A stretch of DNA of 63,555 nucleotides, filler included, from Folioceros fuciformis (lineage: Eukaryota): NCBI GenBank assembly GCA_049999805.1. It is 5 parts of 4 records of this genome, joined end to end, with 100 filler letters (N's around TTAATTAATTAA, not from the genome) between each part and the next. Parts side by side here need not be neighbours in the genome. Positions count along the whole stretch, not along the records: positions 1 to 14,380 come from JBNGIO010005970.1; positions 14,481 to 30,872 come from JBNGIO010005972.1; 3 more parts are not named here. One strand, 5' to 3'. Positions within the stretch are counted from its first letter, which is position 1. The number at the start of each line of letters is the position of its first letter. A program made the position numbers and the translations under genes. Positions 13,138 through 24,770 of this stretch are shown here, in pieces. Under the pieces are notes generated by a model that worked only from the letters and a program-made list of their open reading frames with translations, did no database searches and was not told the origin of the DNA.

Positions 13138-14031
13138 TAGCATGTTACAATTGTAGACACAAAAGTTGATGAAAACTAAATTGTATGAGCTTTAACACCT
13201 ACCTTTGACTATAAACAGTGATGAGGGAGACCTCAGGTTTAACCAATGGGTCAATGCCCAACGTTGACCCCTCCACACGTCAACATGGCTCGAGTGAAAT
13301 CCAATGTGTTGTCTAGGGCATCGGAGGCGCAGATATAACAAAGAATCGTAGCCGTGAAAGATCTACTTCTTGTCCAATCGCAAAGCGAATGCGTGCAAGG
13401 GCTATTAGATGGGAAAACCGTGAGGGCCTTTTCTTTTACCTGTTTGACGAAAGCCCAAAGCGAATGTTAAAGAAGAAGAGGAAGACGAGAGTGCCTGGAT
13501 AGCAGCCTTTTTGAACTTATGGGATTTATTTAGTGTCTACTTCGGTGAGATACGAGTTAGGCTCAATTGCCTACAGATGGGAAAGCAGTTCTACCCACCT
13601 CCATCATCCCTGTTGTAACCTTAGCTACAAATGAAGAAGACCATATTGGATTTTCCCATGGTGTCCGTGGTACAGCATGTACTTATGCACGACATCCCTT
13701 CAGCTAGGCGTGCACAAGACTTAGTGTGCTCCCATGCCTCATGTAGGGCTTAAAGTGACATAAACAATGCATATCCAATGTAAATAAAACATTCTAAAAA
13801 CTTGGCTATTGGACAAGTAAAACGGATGAAGGGACATGTAGAAAGTTGTATGTTATCATGTTGTACGTGTTGAAAGGTACAAACACCCTAGCTGGACGGA
13901 TTATCGTGTCCCAAGCATTTGTTTTTAAACTAATCAGACCTATACAAATAGGCAAAAACCCAATCCATTGCCTAAAATGGACTAAACACGTTTTGATAGA
14001 CTTGATTTATTTTAAATGTTGATTCTTCTCA

Positions 14032-14380
14032 TTTGACACAATGACAGAAGTAACTCTCGTTCTTCTGTTCCGCTGCGACATCTATCGTCCTTCTCATTTT
14101 CTCATGCGATGACATAATGTTCTTCTCTTCTCCTTTGACATAATGACAGAAGCAATTCTTGTTCTTCTTTTCCATAGTAGCATTTATTGTATTTCTCATC
14201 TTTTTCGACGATGACACAATGTTCTTCTCTTCTCGTTTGATACAATGACAAAAGCAACTTTTCTTCTTTTCTATTGTAGCAGCATCTAACATCATTTTCA
14301 TCTTCTCCTATGATGACACGATGTTCTTCTCTTCTTCTTTGACACAATGACAAAAGCAACTCTTGTTCTTCTCTTGTGCA
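14032..14380. repeat. 102-bp tandem repeat, ~3.4 diverged copies, truncated by contig end
   Basis: tttga[c/t]a[c/t]aatgaca[g/a]aag at 14032, 14134, 14236, 14338 (exact 102-bp period). Confidence 0.9.
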
Positions 14381-14480
14381 NNNNNNNNNNNNNNNNNNNN
14401 NNNNNNNNNNNNNNNNNNNNNNNNTTAATTAATTAANNNNNNNNNNNNNNNNNNNNNNNNNNNNNNNNNNNNNNNNNNNN
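14381..14480. other. Artificial contig-joining linker (N44-TTAATTAATTAA-N44)
   Basis: 100-nt spacer with a six-frame-stop core at 14425-14436; same design occurs four times. Confidence 0.97.
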
Positions 14481-16524
14481 TGGTTGCTAGTGCTGGAGTG
14501 AGTGAAGTGAGTGAGGAAAGTTGCAGATCTGAGAGGTTAGTGTCGTTGTAGTGACTGGAGTGAGTTTGTGGGCACCGAGAGAGGTGCAGTTTACCGCTGG
14601 ACAGCAAGGACTGTCCCATAGTTGATCAGAGCTGGAGGGGAGCCCTCGAATCCGTCATCGGGTCAATTGAGTCCGACCCTCCATCCATAGCAGCTAGAAA
14701 CCCCATTGCTCCTTCGTGGGAACGAAACCCAATGTCTCAACGAAAGTGGGATAAGTGTGACCACTAAAGGTTGAACCCGTCGGCAAACAGTGCCCGAGGT
14801 TCTGCCACCACACCAGCCGTTGCCACTCTTTGGTTGGTCTAGCCGTGATTGTGGCTTGGCATTAGAGATAACCAGCTACAGCTACTTGGAAACAAGAGCA
14901 AACACTAAAATCCACATTCTGAAGAAAACTACACTAATGACATGAAGTAAGAGAGGGCTTGATTGAAGCTCATAATATGTAGTGGCATCATTAGCAAGCA
15001 TCCTGCAATGCATGCTCCACCTCTAGCAATAAACTTTAAAGTTGCTTCTATAATGTTAGTCATGTTTATAGCAATCACTCTCATGTTTATAGCAGTCATT
15101 GTATCCATTTTGGACGCGATGACAGCAAAGGATATTACCATGCAGCACTTGGAGTCAAGTTCCTTGACAACCATGGGTAAAATATAGGCTCATTATTCCC
15201 ATCTATCACACAGAACCACGATGTACTTACAGGAAGTATGCGGCATCAAATTGCTTTACCTTCGAGCTTTTCTCAGATGAAATGATTACAAATCCACATG
15301 CTTACTCCTCATATGAAATGTTGGATTCTGAGCAAGATGAATAGTACTCTAGTTATCACTGAAGATAAAGAGCAGGTTCAGCGTGTTGATGATGAATATT
15401 TTTAAACAAGTGTACAACCACAATGCTTCCCTAGTGGTTACAATGGCGCTAAGTACTTGACTTCCATCAATGACAATGTCCTTTACTTTGGAGAGAAATT
15501 GCACCATCATCATACTTGAACATTAAAATACCCATTGAACATTAAAATACCCATAGTTGATCGTCATTTATTAGGGTTTCCACACCACCATTATATTTGA
15601 GCAAATACCTAGTGGTTGATCGTCTTATACCAAGATCTCTACCCCAAACCTGAAACAAATCGGATCTATCCTCAAACCCTTCTTTTGCAGTTGTCTCCAG
15701 TCATGTAGCATCGCACCACCCCCCCAAAAATGTAGGTTGCAAAAATGTAGGTTGAGGGTTTGAGAAGGCCAATGGTTATTTCTATGCGAATATACACACT
15801 TTCTGTTTTCTATTGAAAGTGAACATTGATATAAGGTGCACTTGAAACATGATTTCCAAATCAGTTGTTTTTCTAGTAAACTACAATATGAAGGTGCGCA
15901 CAAGTGTATGCCCGCCTACTTACAAACATGCAGCCTATCTAGCGAAAGGTCTTATCCGTCAAATTGCATAGATTTTGGCATTTCAGTTGTGGGAACAAAA
16001 ATGTAGGGTTGTCTCCAGTTGGATTGCCATCGGATTTGGCTCTTTGGGTTCGTCTATGGGGTTCTTTAGGTTCGTCTGTTAGCGAAGCGCGTTGGAGAAT
16101 GTTAATAAACAACGTTTGTTGTAAAAGGCGTTTAAACATCCAAGGATACAAAACAAAAAGAGTTAAAAATGATTAACGTAGATATTTTATACATATCAAT
16201 ATTAAAAGAATATTTCAAATAGATTAAAAATCTCTATAAAACCTTGAAGCCATGGTGTGCCCAAGTGCGCATTAGTGACTAAAAAATGGGATCTTTTTGG
16301 ATTTTGTTTGTTATTTTTCAAGGTTTATTTTACCATTATGCACTTAAAATGTGTGCTAGCTATTTTATGGAGTGCACTTGTGCGCGCTAGGTTGGTCATG
16401 ACACACACCATAGTTACCTAGTACATCCATAGTTACCCAATACATAAAATTTGTCGAAGTGCAGTACTAGTATGGTACCACAAATTTTATGCGTATATTT
16501 TTTCTCAGTACGTTATTATACTTA

Positions 16525-16697
16525 AAACCCTACAGCGGATCATAAAATATAGAATAAATAAATATAAAATATATATTATGAAGAGATAATACTCAAAACT
16601 TAAGTCTCAAACCCTATAACGGATCATAAAATACAGAATAAATAAATACTAAATATATATTATGAAGAGATAATACTCAAACCTTAAGTCTCAAACC
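16525..16697. repeat. 84-bp AT-rich tandem duplication
   Basis: aaacccta..cggatcataaaata.agaataaataaata...gaagagataatactcaaa.cttaagtctc at 16525 and 16609. Confidence 0.88.
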
Positions 16698-16859
16698 ACA
16701 ACAAGGCATTACGATGAGAAGCCTTGAGCATCATTTTTAGCGATCAAGTTCTTTCTCCGCATGCTCTTCTTCATGTCCTTGAAGGCAATCTTCAACAAGA
16801 GATTGTGACATTGCCTCCACCTTTGCTAGTTGTCTCTTAATCTTCTTGTTCATTGAAGT

Positions 16860-18200
16860 TTCAAGGATATACATGTGTTGCTTTTTTAATGCACAACCAT
16901 CACATACCTCTAGATCCTCAATACACATTAGATTCAACCCTTTTACTATGTCAAGCCTCATTATCAACTTCAAGTTGTCAAGACCTAACTGTCCTAAGCC
17001 CTCATGCCAAAGCTTAGATTGTTCAATATTTTTTAGATACTCTAGTTGTATAGTTGTTATTCAATTCATTTCTTGGCAATGATTTCTCTTTTTGGGACTT
17101 CACCACACAAGTTCCCTTATCAAAAACTATCTTTAAGCCTTAACAAGCATCTTGCACAGAGATACTAAATTAACAACCAAACTAGGAATATATTGTAAGC
17201 CCTTGATATACTTAATATCTTTATTATCCAAGTGAATGATTATTTTCTATTATTGAAAAAGAGATGGAAAGTCCCATCTACTCTAAAGATTTGAGGAACA
17301 ACCTAAGCAGAGCCAAAGCCAAAAAGGCCAATAGCCAAGAGCATGTTCCTTTACCTGAGTAAGAATGCGAGCCCAAGAAGCCAAAGCCAAAAGGCCAATA
17401 GCCAAGAGCATGTTCCTTTACCTGAATAAGAATGCGAGCCTAAGAAGACAAAGGGACGAGACGAATACTAAAGAAGGGCTCTTAGTGCTTGGCCATATTG
17501 CTTTTCTAAGAGGGAGGGAGGCGAAGAGACCCCTCAATCCTTCTCTTGAAAAAGACCCCTCAATCCTTCTCTTGAAAAAGAGGTGAAAGGAGGTAGAGCC
17601 TTGCGAGCCCAAAAGGTGAATACACCCTCCATTGCTTAAGAGATCCTTCTCTTGAAAAAGAGGTGAAAGGAGGTAGAGCCTTGCGAGCCCAAAAGGTGAA
17701 TACACCCTCCATTGCTTAAGAGATACCTGTGCAAGTGAATTAACAAACCAAACTAGAAATGAATACACCCTCCATTGTTTAAGAGATACCTGTGCAAGTG
17801 AATTAACAAACCAAACTAGATATACATTGGACGTCCTTGAGATATTTAACATCTTCATTATCAAGTTGATTTGAATGTTCCTTCTCCCTTAATCACAAAG
17901 CTTTTATGATCTCCAAGATACACCTTGTGATCCTCATTAAGATATCCCTATATATATATATATATGTTAGAACCATGATTTGTACAGGTCATATGTAAAG
18001 ATACTTGAGAGTATGTATGTAGAGAATGATGTGATCCACTTTGTACCTAATGAAGAAAATAAAAAGTCCTTCCAACCTCGTAATGCCTTTTCATCCACAT
18101 GATGAGCATGGTTGTGGTCTCTCCATAGAATGTTGTGGCCTCTTTGCTCATTAGAATTCCTCATGTTTTCAACTTTCTTCCAACATTTTCTCACTATATG
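16860..18200 (-). mobile_element. Decayed Ty1/Copia gag-protease/GAG-pre-integrase fragments
   Basis: KLWHEGLGQLGLDNLKLIMRLDIVKGLN...VCDGCALKKQH (GAG-pre-integrase pattern). Protease-region remnants near 17170-17215 (LQYIPSLVVNLVSL) and ~17900 (VYLGDH). Confidence 0.7.
17310..17820. repeat. Cluster of four consecutive short tandem duplications
   Basis: Duplicated blocks: agccaaagccaaaaggccaatagccaagagcatgttcc (x2), agacccctcaatccttctcttgaaaa (x2), atccttctcttgaaaaagaggtgaaaggagg...cttaagag (x2), tgaatacaccctccattg...aaaccaaactaga (x2). Confidence 0.85.
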
Positions 18201-19106
18201 CTTAGATTTTCTATCAACAGTATATTTGTATATTCACTATGAGATTTACTGTATGAAGACTTGTCACTAGATCCACTCTTTGATCATGATTGCCTTTAGT
18301 TAACTTTAGATAGTCATGATCGTGATCCTTGGCCAAGTTGACCTCTTCCTTTCCTCTTGAGTAGAAATATAACATCTTTACAAAACAAAACCTCCATCTA
18401 CGTTGTCATCCATTTGCATTGTCATCATCCTTCTATCTTTCCACCATCTACCTTGTCATCCACCTATATTGAAGTGGAACCTTCCCAGCTCAAATGAGTT
18501 GGAATCAAGTGATTAGTAATTCTCTCAGCTGAAATATAACCGTCTACCTTCTTGCATCTTCTATAGATGTGTGGCAGTAAATTCTATGGATTTCTAACGT
18601 GAGGTACACCGGCTCCTCCTGCTTTTCAAACCCAAGCGGCACCGGCCAGCACAAGTGCTCGAGCCAGCGTGCTCTGGCCCGTTCTCATGGAATATTTTGG
18701 CATTCCGTCCTCTTCCAGCCCACCCAACCCCGCTAGCATCATCCACGAGTGTGCTGCGACTGCCAATCGGGCGTACGACTTTCAGCCCAGTTGATCGCCA
18801 ACAGCGTTGACAACTGCTATTTCATTGCATATTAGAGTCCTGGACTGTACAAAGCACGAAAGCATTTTTCTGCCCGTTTGGCTGAAGTCTGAGCATGTCT
18901 GCCCGTTTGGCTGAAGTGAGCAGGGCTGCGCTTCGGCCGCGTTGATTGTCTCTCCGTAAAGCGTTTGGATCTGACTAGCCTCAATAATGTCGCGGGCTGG
19001 CTTAAAGCTCTTGGATCTTACTAGCCTCAATCATGACGCGGGCTGAGGTTCCCCACGCCTGCCCGACTCTCTGAGGCTCTGTGACTCGTGTCTGAGGCTG
19101 GAAACC

Positions 19107-20276
19107 ATGAGGATGGTGTCGTTCCTCTCCACTCTGGTCGCCTGCTGCATTTTCACAGTTGGGGGGGCATGGTGCAGGAAACTCTCGCTGGTAGCTGGCC
19201 TGGACGACGTAGTGTTCCGACCGACATTCGAGAAAATTCCGGGCAAGACTTACGCAATCTGGCAGATTCCTCCGTTCCCTGTGGCCGTCATGTTTGTGGG
19301 GCACGGGGCAAACCATCGGTCGGAAGAGTTCTGGGACTCCAGCCCCAGCTGCACCATATGCTCGGCGCTGCCGGAAGAGCGATCCATCATCAAGGCTGCA
19401 CTGGCCCGGGGCTATGCTGTCATCACTGTCCAGGCCGTCACAAAATGGAACCTCAGCTGCGACCTCGACACAAACTCTGATTTTCTCTTTGTTTCGGGCT
19501 TTCTGCAGACGTGGAGGAAGGAGCACGGTTTGGACAGCCTTCCATTCACTATCTTTGGGCTGTCTAGGGGAGGAGACTTTGCCACCGTGCTGGCATTAGG
19601 TGTGAAAACCATTGGCATCGTGCTGATGGTGAGCCGGGGAGGAGATGATGCTATTCGGACGGCTGCTCTCGGAGGGGGCTTGTTCCCTTACCCCCAATTG
19701 CTCTTCATTCATGTGAGTACTCTTGCTCCCAACAAGCCCCCTGGCCCTTCATCCGGGCTTACAAGCTTCCGTAATATTGTTTCTTGGGCAAGAGCCCATT
19801 CTGACTCTTTGACCTCGTCGCTCCAGATGCCCAAGGATACCTTCTCAGATGAGCTTATACTGGAGCGCTTAGCGTTGCTGTCCAGCAGAGGGATGGTCGC
19901 TGGTGACATAAAATGTTACCCTTTCCCTATCTACGAATCCTACTTCACAGAGAGGATTCCTGGCTTGACCTTCAACGTTTCATCCCACATCTTCAGGACA
20001 CTGGCAGCAAACGGTCTCCTCAGTCCAGAAGGGTTTCTTAATCAGCCAGACCCAGTGGACTGGAATACGTGGGGAACTTGGGACTGGGTACACGTCTTGC
20101 GATCTGTGGGGGTGCTGGACGCGGGAGGTGCGGAGTGGGTTTTGAACGCAGTTGCCGAGGAAGTTAACCTGAGTTTTGGGTTTCACTGCTGCACCAGCTT
20201 GAAGTCTTCGCAGATGCTGGATTGGCTGGACTCAATTCATGATCAGCAATCTGGGGCTTCTGCACAGGTTTTGTAG
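19107..20276 (+). CDS. Uncharacterised alpha/beta-hydrolase-fold protein, paralog 1 (exons 19107-19712, 19827-20276)
   Basis: Signal peptide/anchor, WQIP..PVAVMFVGHG, FWD.SPSC..C..LPEE, nucleophile elbow GLSRG, H|MPKD, FHCCTSL. GT-AG intron at the same position as in paralog 2. Confidence 0.85.
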   Translation: MRMVSFLSTLVACCIFTVGGAWCRKLSLVAGLDDVVFRPTFEKIPGKTYAIWQIPPFPVAVMFVGHGANHRSEEFWDSSPSCTICSALPEERSIIKAALARGYAVITVQAVTKWNLSCDLDTNSDFLFVSGFLQTWRKEHGLDSLPFTIFGLSRGGDFATVLALGVKTIGIVLMVSRGGDDAIRTAALGGGLFPYPQLLFIHVSTLAPNKPPGPSSGLTSFRNIVSWARAHSDSLTSSLQMPKDTFSDELILERLALLSSRGMVAGDIKCYPFPIYESYFTERIPGLTFNVSSHIFRTLAANGLLSPEGFLNQPDPVDWNTWGTWDWVHVLRSVGVLDAGGAEWVLNAVAEEVNLSFGFHCCTSLKSSQMLDWLDSIHDQQSGASAQVL

Positions 20277-20419
20277 TTCTGCATCTGATTCATATCTATG
20301 GGTTGCCATTTTGGCGATCAGGAAAAACGGCTGCTTCCCGTTGCTTCGTGCCCCGGTCACGTCTCCTCCGTATCGGGAGCAGCTACCGGGTGCGCTAGCG
20401 GTAGCGGTAGGGGCTTGCG

Positions 20420-21935
20420 GGTCATTGCTGTGCCACTGCGAACGTCCGTTCCTCCGCACGCGCTGTGCGCATTTGTTCCTTGAGCAGAAGCTTTCCACAC
20501 CAACGGATAGAAAGCCTTCCCCACGCATGTTGATGGAGCAGACCCGGTTCCGAGACTGACGTGCAAAGAATTTAAACCGTAATTCCTTACAACCTGCAGG
20601 TGTGTTTAGAAGCATGCCATTTTCACGCCACTATGAAGCTTCGTTTCCCCACTCAAAGTCACTGTCAGCTCTTTCTGTGTTTTCCTCGTCCTCGACAGAC
20701 TGCCATTGACACAGAGTCGCTGTTACCTCTTTGTGGGTGTTTCCTGTACACACTAAGTGGCTGCCATTGATTCTGAGTCACTGCCATTGGCGCTAAGTCA
20801 CTGTTCTTCCTACCTCCAGCCACTCTGTGTAGTTTCTCCCTCCTTCACGCACGTCAGGAATTGTCCCTCCTTTGTCCACATGTTGAGTCCCTATCACTCG
20901 TTGTGTATACTACCATACCTAGTAAGCACGGTTTGCCTAATCCTACGACTTAAAACTCACATACGTCGTCTCCTGCGCTACTGGAAAGCACTTGAACGCA
21001 TTTGAACTCACATCTGTATCCTGTGTGCTGTATACATTGACTGAACTTGAACGGACTTGAGCTCACAGATGTCTCCTATGCTGTAGGACTGAACTCGAAC
21101 TTACATCTCTCTTTGATACAGGACTGAGTGTGTGAGTTCAATTGAGTTCTGTCCTACAGCAAGGAGACAGACTGAGTTCAAGTCCGTTCGAGTTCAGTCC
21201 TGTACCACAGGAATCAAATGTGAGTTCGAGTTCAGTCCCATAGCAAGGAGTCAAATGTGAGTTCGAGTTTAGTTCTATAGCAGAGGTAACAGAGGTGAGT
21301 TCAAGTCCTTCGAATTTGTAGCACAGAAGAGAGAAATTGTAGTCTAACGGCGTTCAAGTTTAATCCACACATGTACGTTCAAATGCGTTCAAGTTTAGTC
21401 CTCGAGCGCAGCAGACAGCAGGTGTGAGTTTAAGTTGCAGGATTAGACAAACCGTGCTTGGAAGGTCTGGTAGAAGAGTTGGCAGTGTGTCGTTGTGTGG
21501 ACAAAGAGTGGCAGTGACCCTGGTGGGTGAAGGAGCGGCAACAAAAGAAAACACAAACAGTGGCAGTGATCCGAGTGGGTGAAGGAGTGCAACAAAAGAA
21601 AACACAAATAGTGGCAGTGACTCAGTGTGTCGAGGCAAACGCACAACCAATGGCAGTGACTCAGTGTCCGGAGGAAACCACACAAAGAATGACGGCAATT
21701 TAGTGTGTGGAGAAACGAAGGTTCAGAGTGCCGGAGAAAAGGCCATGCTTCTACAGACAGCAGAAGGTAAGAAAATAGGGTTTAAAATATTTGCACGCTA
21801 GTCTCAGAACCGGGCCTGCAACATGAACATCACCGGTTGGTGTAGAAAGCGCTTGCTCACCTAACAATACACAAAGAGTCAGAGTGATTCAATGCGTGGA
21901 GGAATGGCGGTTCGCAGTGGCATGGCAGTGGCCAT
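20420..21935. repeat. ~1.5 kb imperfect foldback inverted repeat with modular internal subrepeats (centre ~21125)
   Basis: gccactgcgaac (20432) pairs with gttcgcagtggc (21910). 20481-20650 matches the reverse complement of ~21700-21859. aagcacggtttg.ctaatcct (20924) pairs with aggattagacaaaccgtgctt (21439). Inner gaactc/gagttc modules switch orientation at the centre. Confidence 0.88.
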
Positions 21936-22449
21936 GCTCGGGCACAGTGATTTCAGCTACTCGGTCTTCCTACTGCGAGGTCTACGGCGTGAGCTCACCA
22001 ATAGAGTGGATTGCGTTAGACGCAGCCCAGCACCTGGTTAGCGAAGCAGCTATCTGTTATTACTGCTATCCTTCGGTGTGACTACAACTGCTATTCACAT
22101 TCACTGTCGCCCTTTCGATGTTGCCTGCTTGTCCATACATATCTTTTTCATTGGCAGTGACCTCAGTTATGAGCTCGATCTGGGAAATCCAGAATTGTTA
22201 GTGGAAAGCACTCATCCTACAGATCGAAATCAGGAATCTCTGGGAGCCGGGCGTCTTTTTCCTTGCACGGGAGTGTCTGTCCTTCAAGCTGTGCCGACCC
22301 ACATGTGCGGGCGGCCTTCGGACAGGAGGAGGCATGTGTAGCGAGTGTGTGGAAGTCAGACGCGTCTTAGTAAATGTCCCAGGCTGACGTCTCCAACGTA
22401 AGGTTGGCCCAACTCTGGGACCTCAGTTGAGTTTCTCAGACTAGAGGCT

Positions 22450-23649
22450 ATGGGGCCTGTGTGGGTTCTCTCGACTCTACTGGCCTGCTGCATCTTCACG
22501 GCTGGGGCAGCGTGGGGCAAGGAACCGGTTTCGGCAGGTGGCACGGAGGATGTGATGCTGACACCGACGCTTGAGAGAATTCCAGGCCAGACTTACGCAA
22601 TTTGGCAGATTCCGCAGTCCCCTGTGGCTGTTCTGTTTGTGGCGCATGGGGCAAACCACGGGTCGGAACTGTTCTGGGATCGAAGTCCGAGCTGCACCAT
22701 ATGCTCGCCGCTGCCGGAAGAGCGGGCCATCATCATGGCTGCTCTGGCCCGGGGCTATGCCGTCATCACTATCCAGGCCCTCACAGAATGGAACCTGACC
22801 TCCAACCTGCACAAAAACCCCGATTTTGTCACGGTCTCGGGCTTCCTGCAGGCTTGGAGGAAGAACCACAGGTTGGACAGCCTCCCATTGACCGTCTTGG
22901 GGGTTTCTAGAGGGGGAGGTTTTGGCACCGTGCTGGCCTTGGGTGTGGAAACCAGTGGCGTCGTGGTGATGATCTCCCGGGGAGGAGACGATGCTTTAAA
23001 GGCGGCTTCTCGCGGCCGGGGCCAGTTCCCTTACCCCAAGCTGCTCTTCGTTCATGTCAGTGCTCGAGTCCTAAAGCGCTTTTCTTCTTTTCTTTTTATC
23101 TGTGCCTGCGGGCTCCTCAGGATCGTTTTTTGAGCTCAACTGGGAGCCGATTCTAACTTCATGACCTGTTCTACGCAGATGCCCAAGGATGCCTCTCTAG
23201 AGAAAGCTGTCCAGGAGCGCATACAGGCGCTGTCCAGGCACGGGATAGTCGCTGATGACATAAAATGCCAGCCTTTCCCCATCTACGAATCCTACTTCAC
23301 AGAGAGGGTTCATGGCGTCAGCTTCAACTTTTCATCCTACATTTTCCAGGCACTCCGAGCGTACGGCTTTCTCACTCCAGAGGGCTTCCTTAACCAACCA
23401 GCTAGTCCAGTGGACTGGGACGTGTATGGACGATGGGACTGGGTCCGCGTATTGCAATCTCTGCAGGTTCTGGACAGGGGAACTGGGGAGCGGCTTATGA
23501 ACGCAGTTGCCGAGGAGCTCGACCTGAGTTTTGGCTTTCACTGCTGCACTAGCTTGAAGTCTTCGGAAATGCTGGATTGGCTTGACTCAACATGGAAAAA
23601 CAAGCATTCCTCTCTTCAAGGACTGACATCCAACCATCACTTCCAATGA
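22450..23649 (+). CDS. Uncharacterised alpha/beta-hydrolase-fold protein, paralog 2 (exons 22450-23055, 23179-23649)
   Basis: Colinear with paralog 1: WQIPQSPVAVLFVAHG, GVSRG elbow, H|MPKD, FHCCTSLKSS. Intron gtcagt...cgcag. Confidence 0.85.
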
Positions 23650-23991
23650 ACTGCACACTCTTGAAGTATTCTTTGGACGCATATGTGCTTACGTCGGGTG
23701 CGGGCTATGCCCACGTATATTACATCATGCCCAGTTGCAGCACCCTATCCCCCAGCTGTGAACACCATGCCAACGCCCAGTTGCCCATGTCAAATTCCGA
23801 AGTGGGATTTTGTTGTACACTTCGAAATATGTGTAGAGCAATATTAAATGAAATAAGCATTCCTCTGCATTGAGGATTTGGGAGTTTGCAAATACTTTAC
23901 GTGTTCCTCCTTGGTACAGCTTTTCCATGGTATTAAAACCCCACGCATTGTTGTGTGACATCCCCCATCCCCGAATTGGACTCCTGACGCT

Positions 23992-24337
23992 TTGAGCTGC
24001 GTTGGAAGCTCAGTCGATGCAGGTGGTAAAGGAACAACAAGACGACGAAGAAGTCTGTTTCAGCCAATTTGGATAGAATGTCTCTTCGTGAGACTTTTAC
24101 TCTGAAGTACCGAATGTCAGTGCGGATTGTGTCAAGTTTGGTACACATTTCGCTCCGAACTCTATTGAGCTGCGTTGGAAGCTCAGTCGATGCAGGTGGT
24201 AAAGGAACAACAAGACGACGACGAAGTCTGTTTCAGCCAATTTGGATAGAATGTCTCTTCGTGAGACCTTTACTCTTAAGTACCGCATGTCAGTGCGGAT
24301 TGTATCAAGTTTGGTACACATTGCGCTCCGAACTCTA
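23992..24337. repeat. 173-bp near-identical tandem duplication
   Basis: ttgagctgcgttggaagctcagtcgatgcagg...cgctccgaactcta at 23992-24164 and 24165-24337. Confidence 0.93.
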
Positions 24338-24770
24338 TGCCTGCGTGCTCTGGTTGGGGTCGTATTTCATCCTTTAATCTGAACCCTTGGAAATAAAAAA
24401 GGTTCAGATTTGGACTGACTCCGCCCCTCCTTCCTTGCTTCATACACAGGCAAAGCTAGTCAAGAGCAGAACGGGGCTTTGCAGCTCCGAAGCTCCCAGT
24501 TGTAGTAGCTTACTCTTCCGGATACGTGTGAAAGATCGATCTGATTGCTGACATCAAAGTGGCAATTCGCCACCACAAATCTGAACATGAAATTTGCAAT
24601 CGAATCAGCCATTGATTTGCAGCAACAGCATCTGTGCAGTGAGCCAAAGCTGGGAAAGAAAATCCGGACGAAGCAGCACGCTTGACGTACCCAGTACTAG
24701 GTCACGAGAAGACGTTCCACAAAAGCCACGAAAGAAAGCCTTCACCTCCAACCCCCCGTGGTGGCGGGAC

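Noticed and set aside
14425-14436. TTAATTAATTAA palindrome as a regulatory or recombination site
   Set aside because: Always centred in a fixed-length N run; it is a synthetic linker.
14929-15500. Hydrophobic ORF fragments on both strands
   Set aside because: No recognisable motif or splice-consistent model; left unassigned.
21130-21320. Short repeats (gtgagttc.agtt.agt.c) with variable intervening sequence, superficially CRISPR-like
   Set aside because: The repeats are degenerate, the 'spacers' resemble each other, the pattern is mirrored in the opposite foldback arm, there are no cas genes, and the context is eukaryotic.
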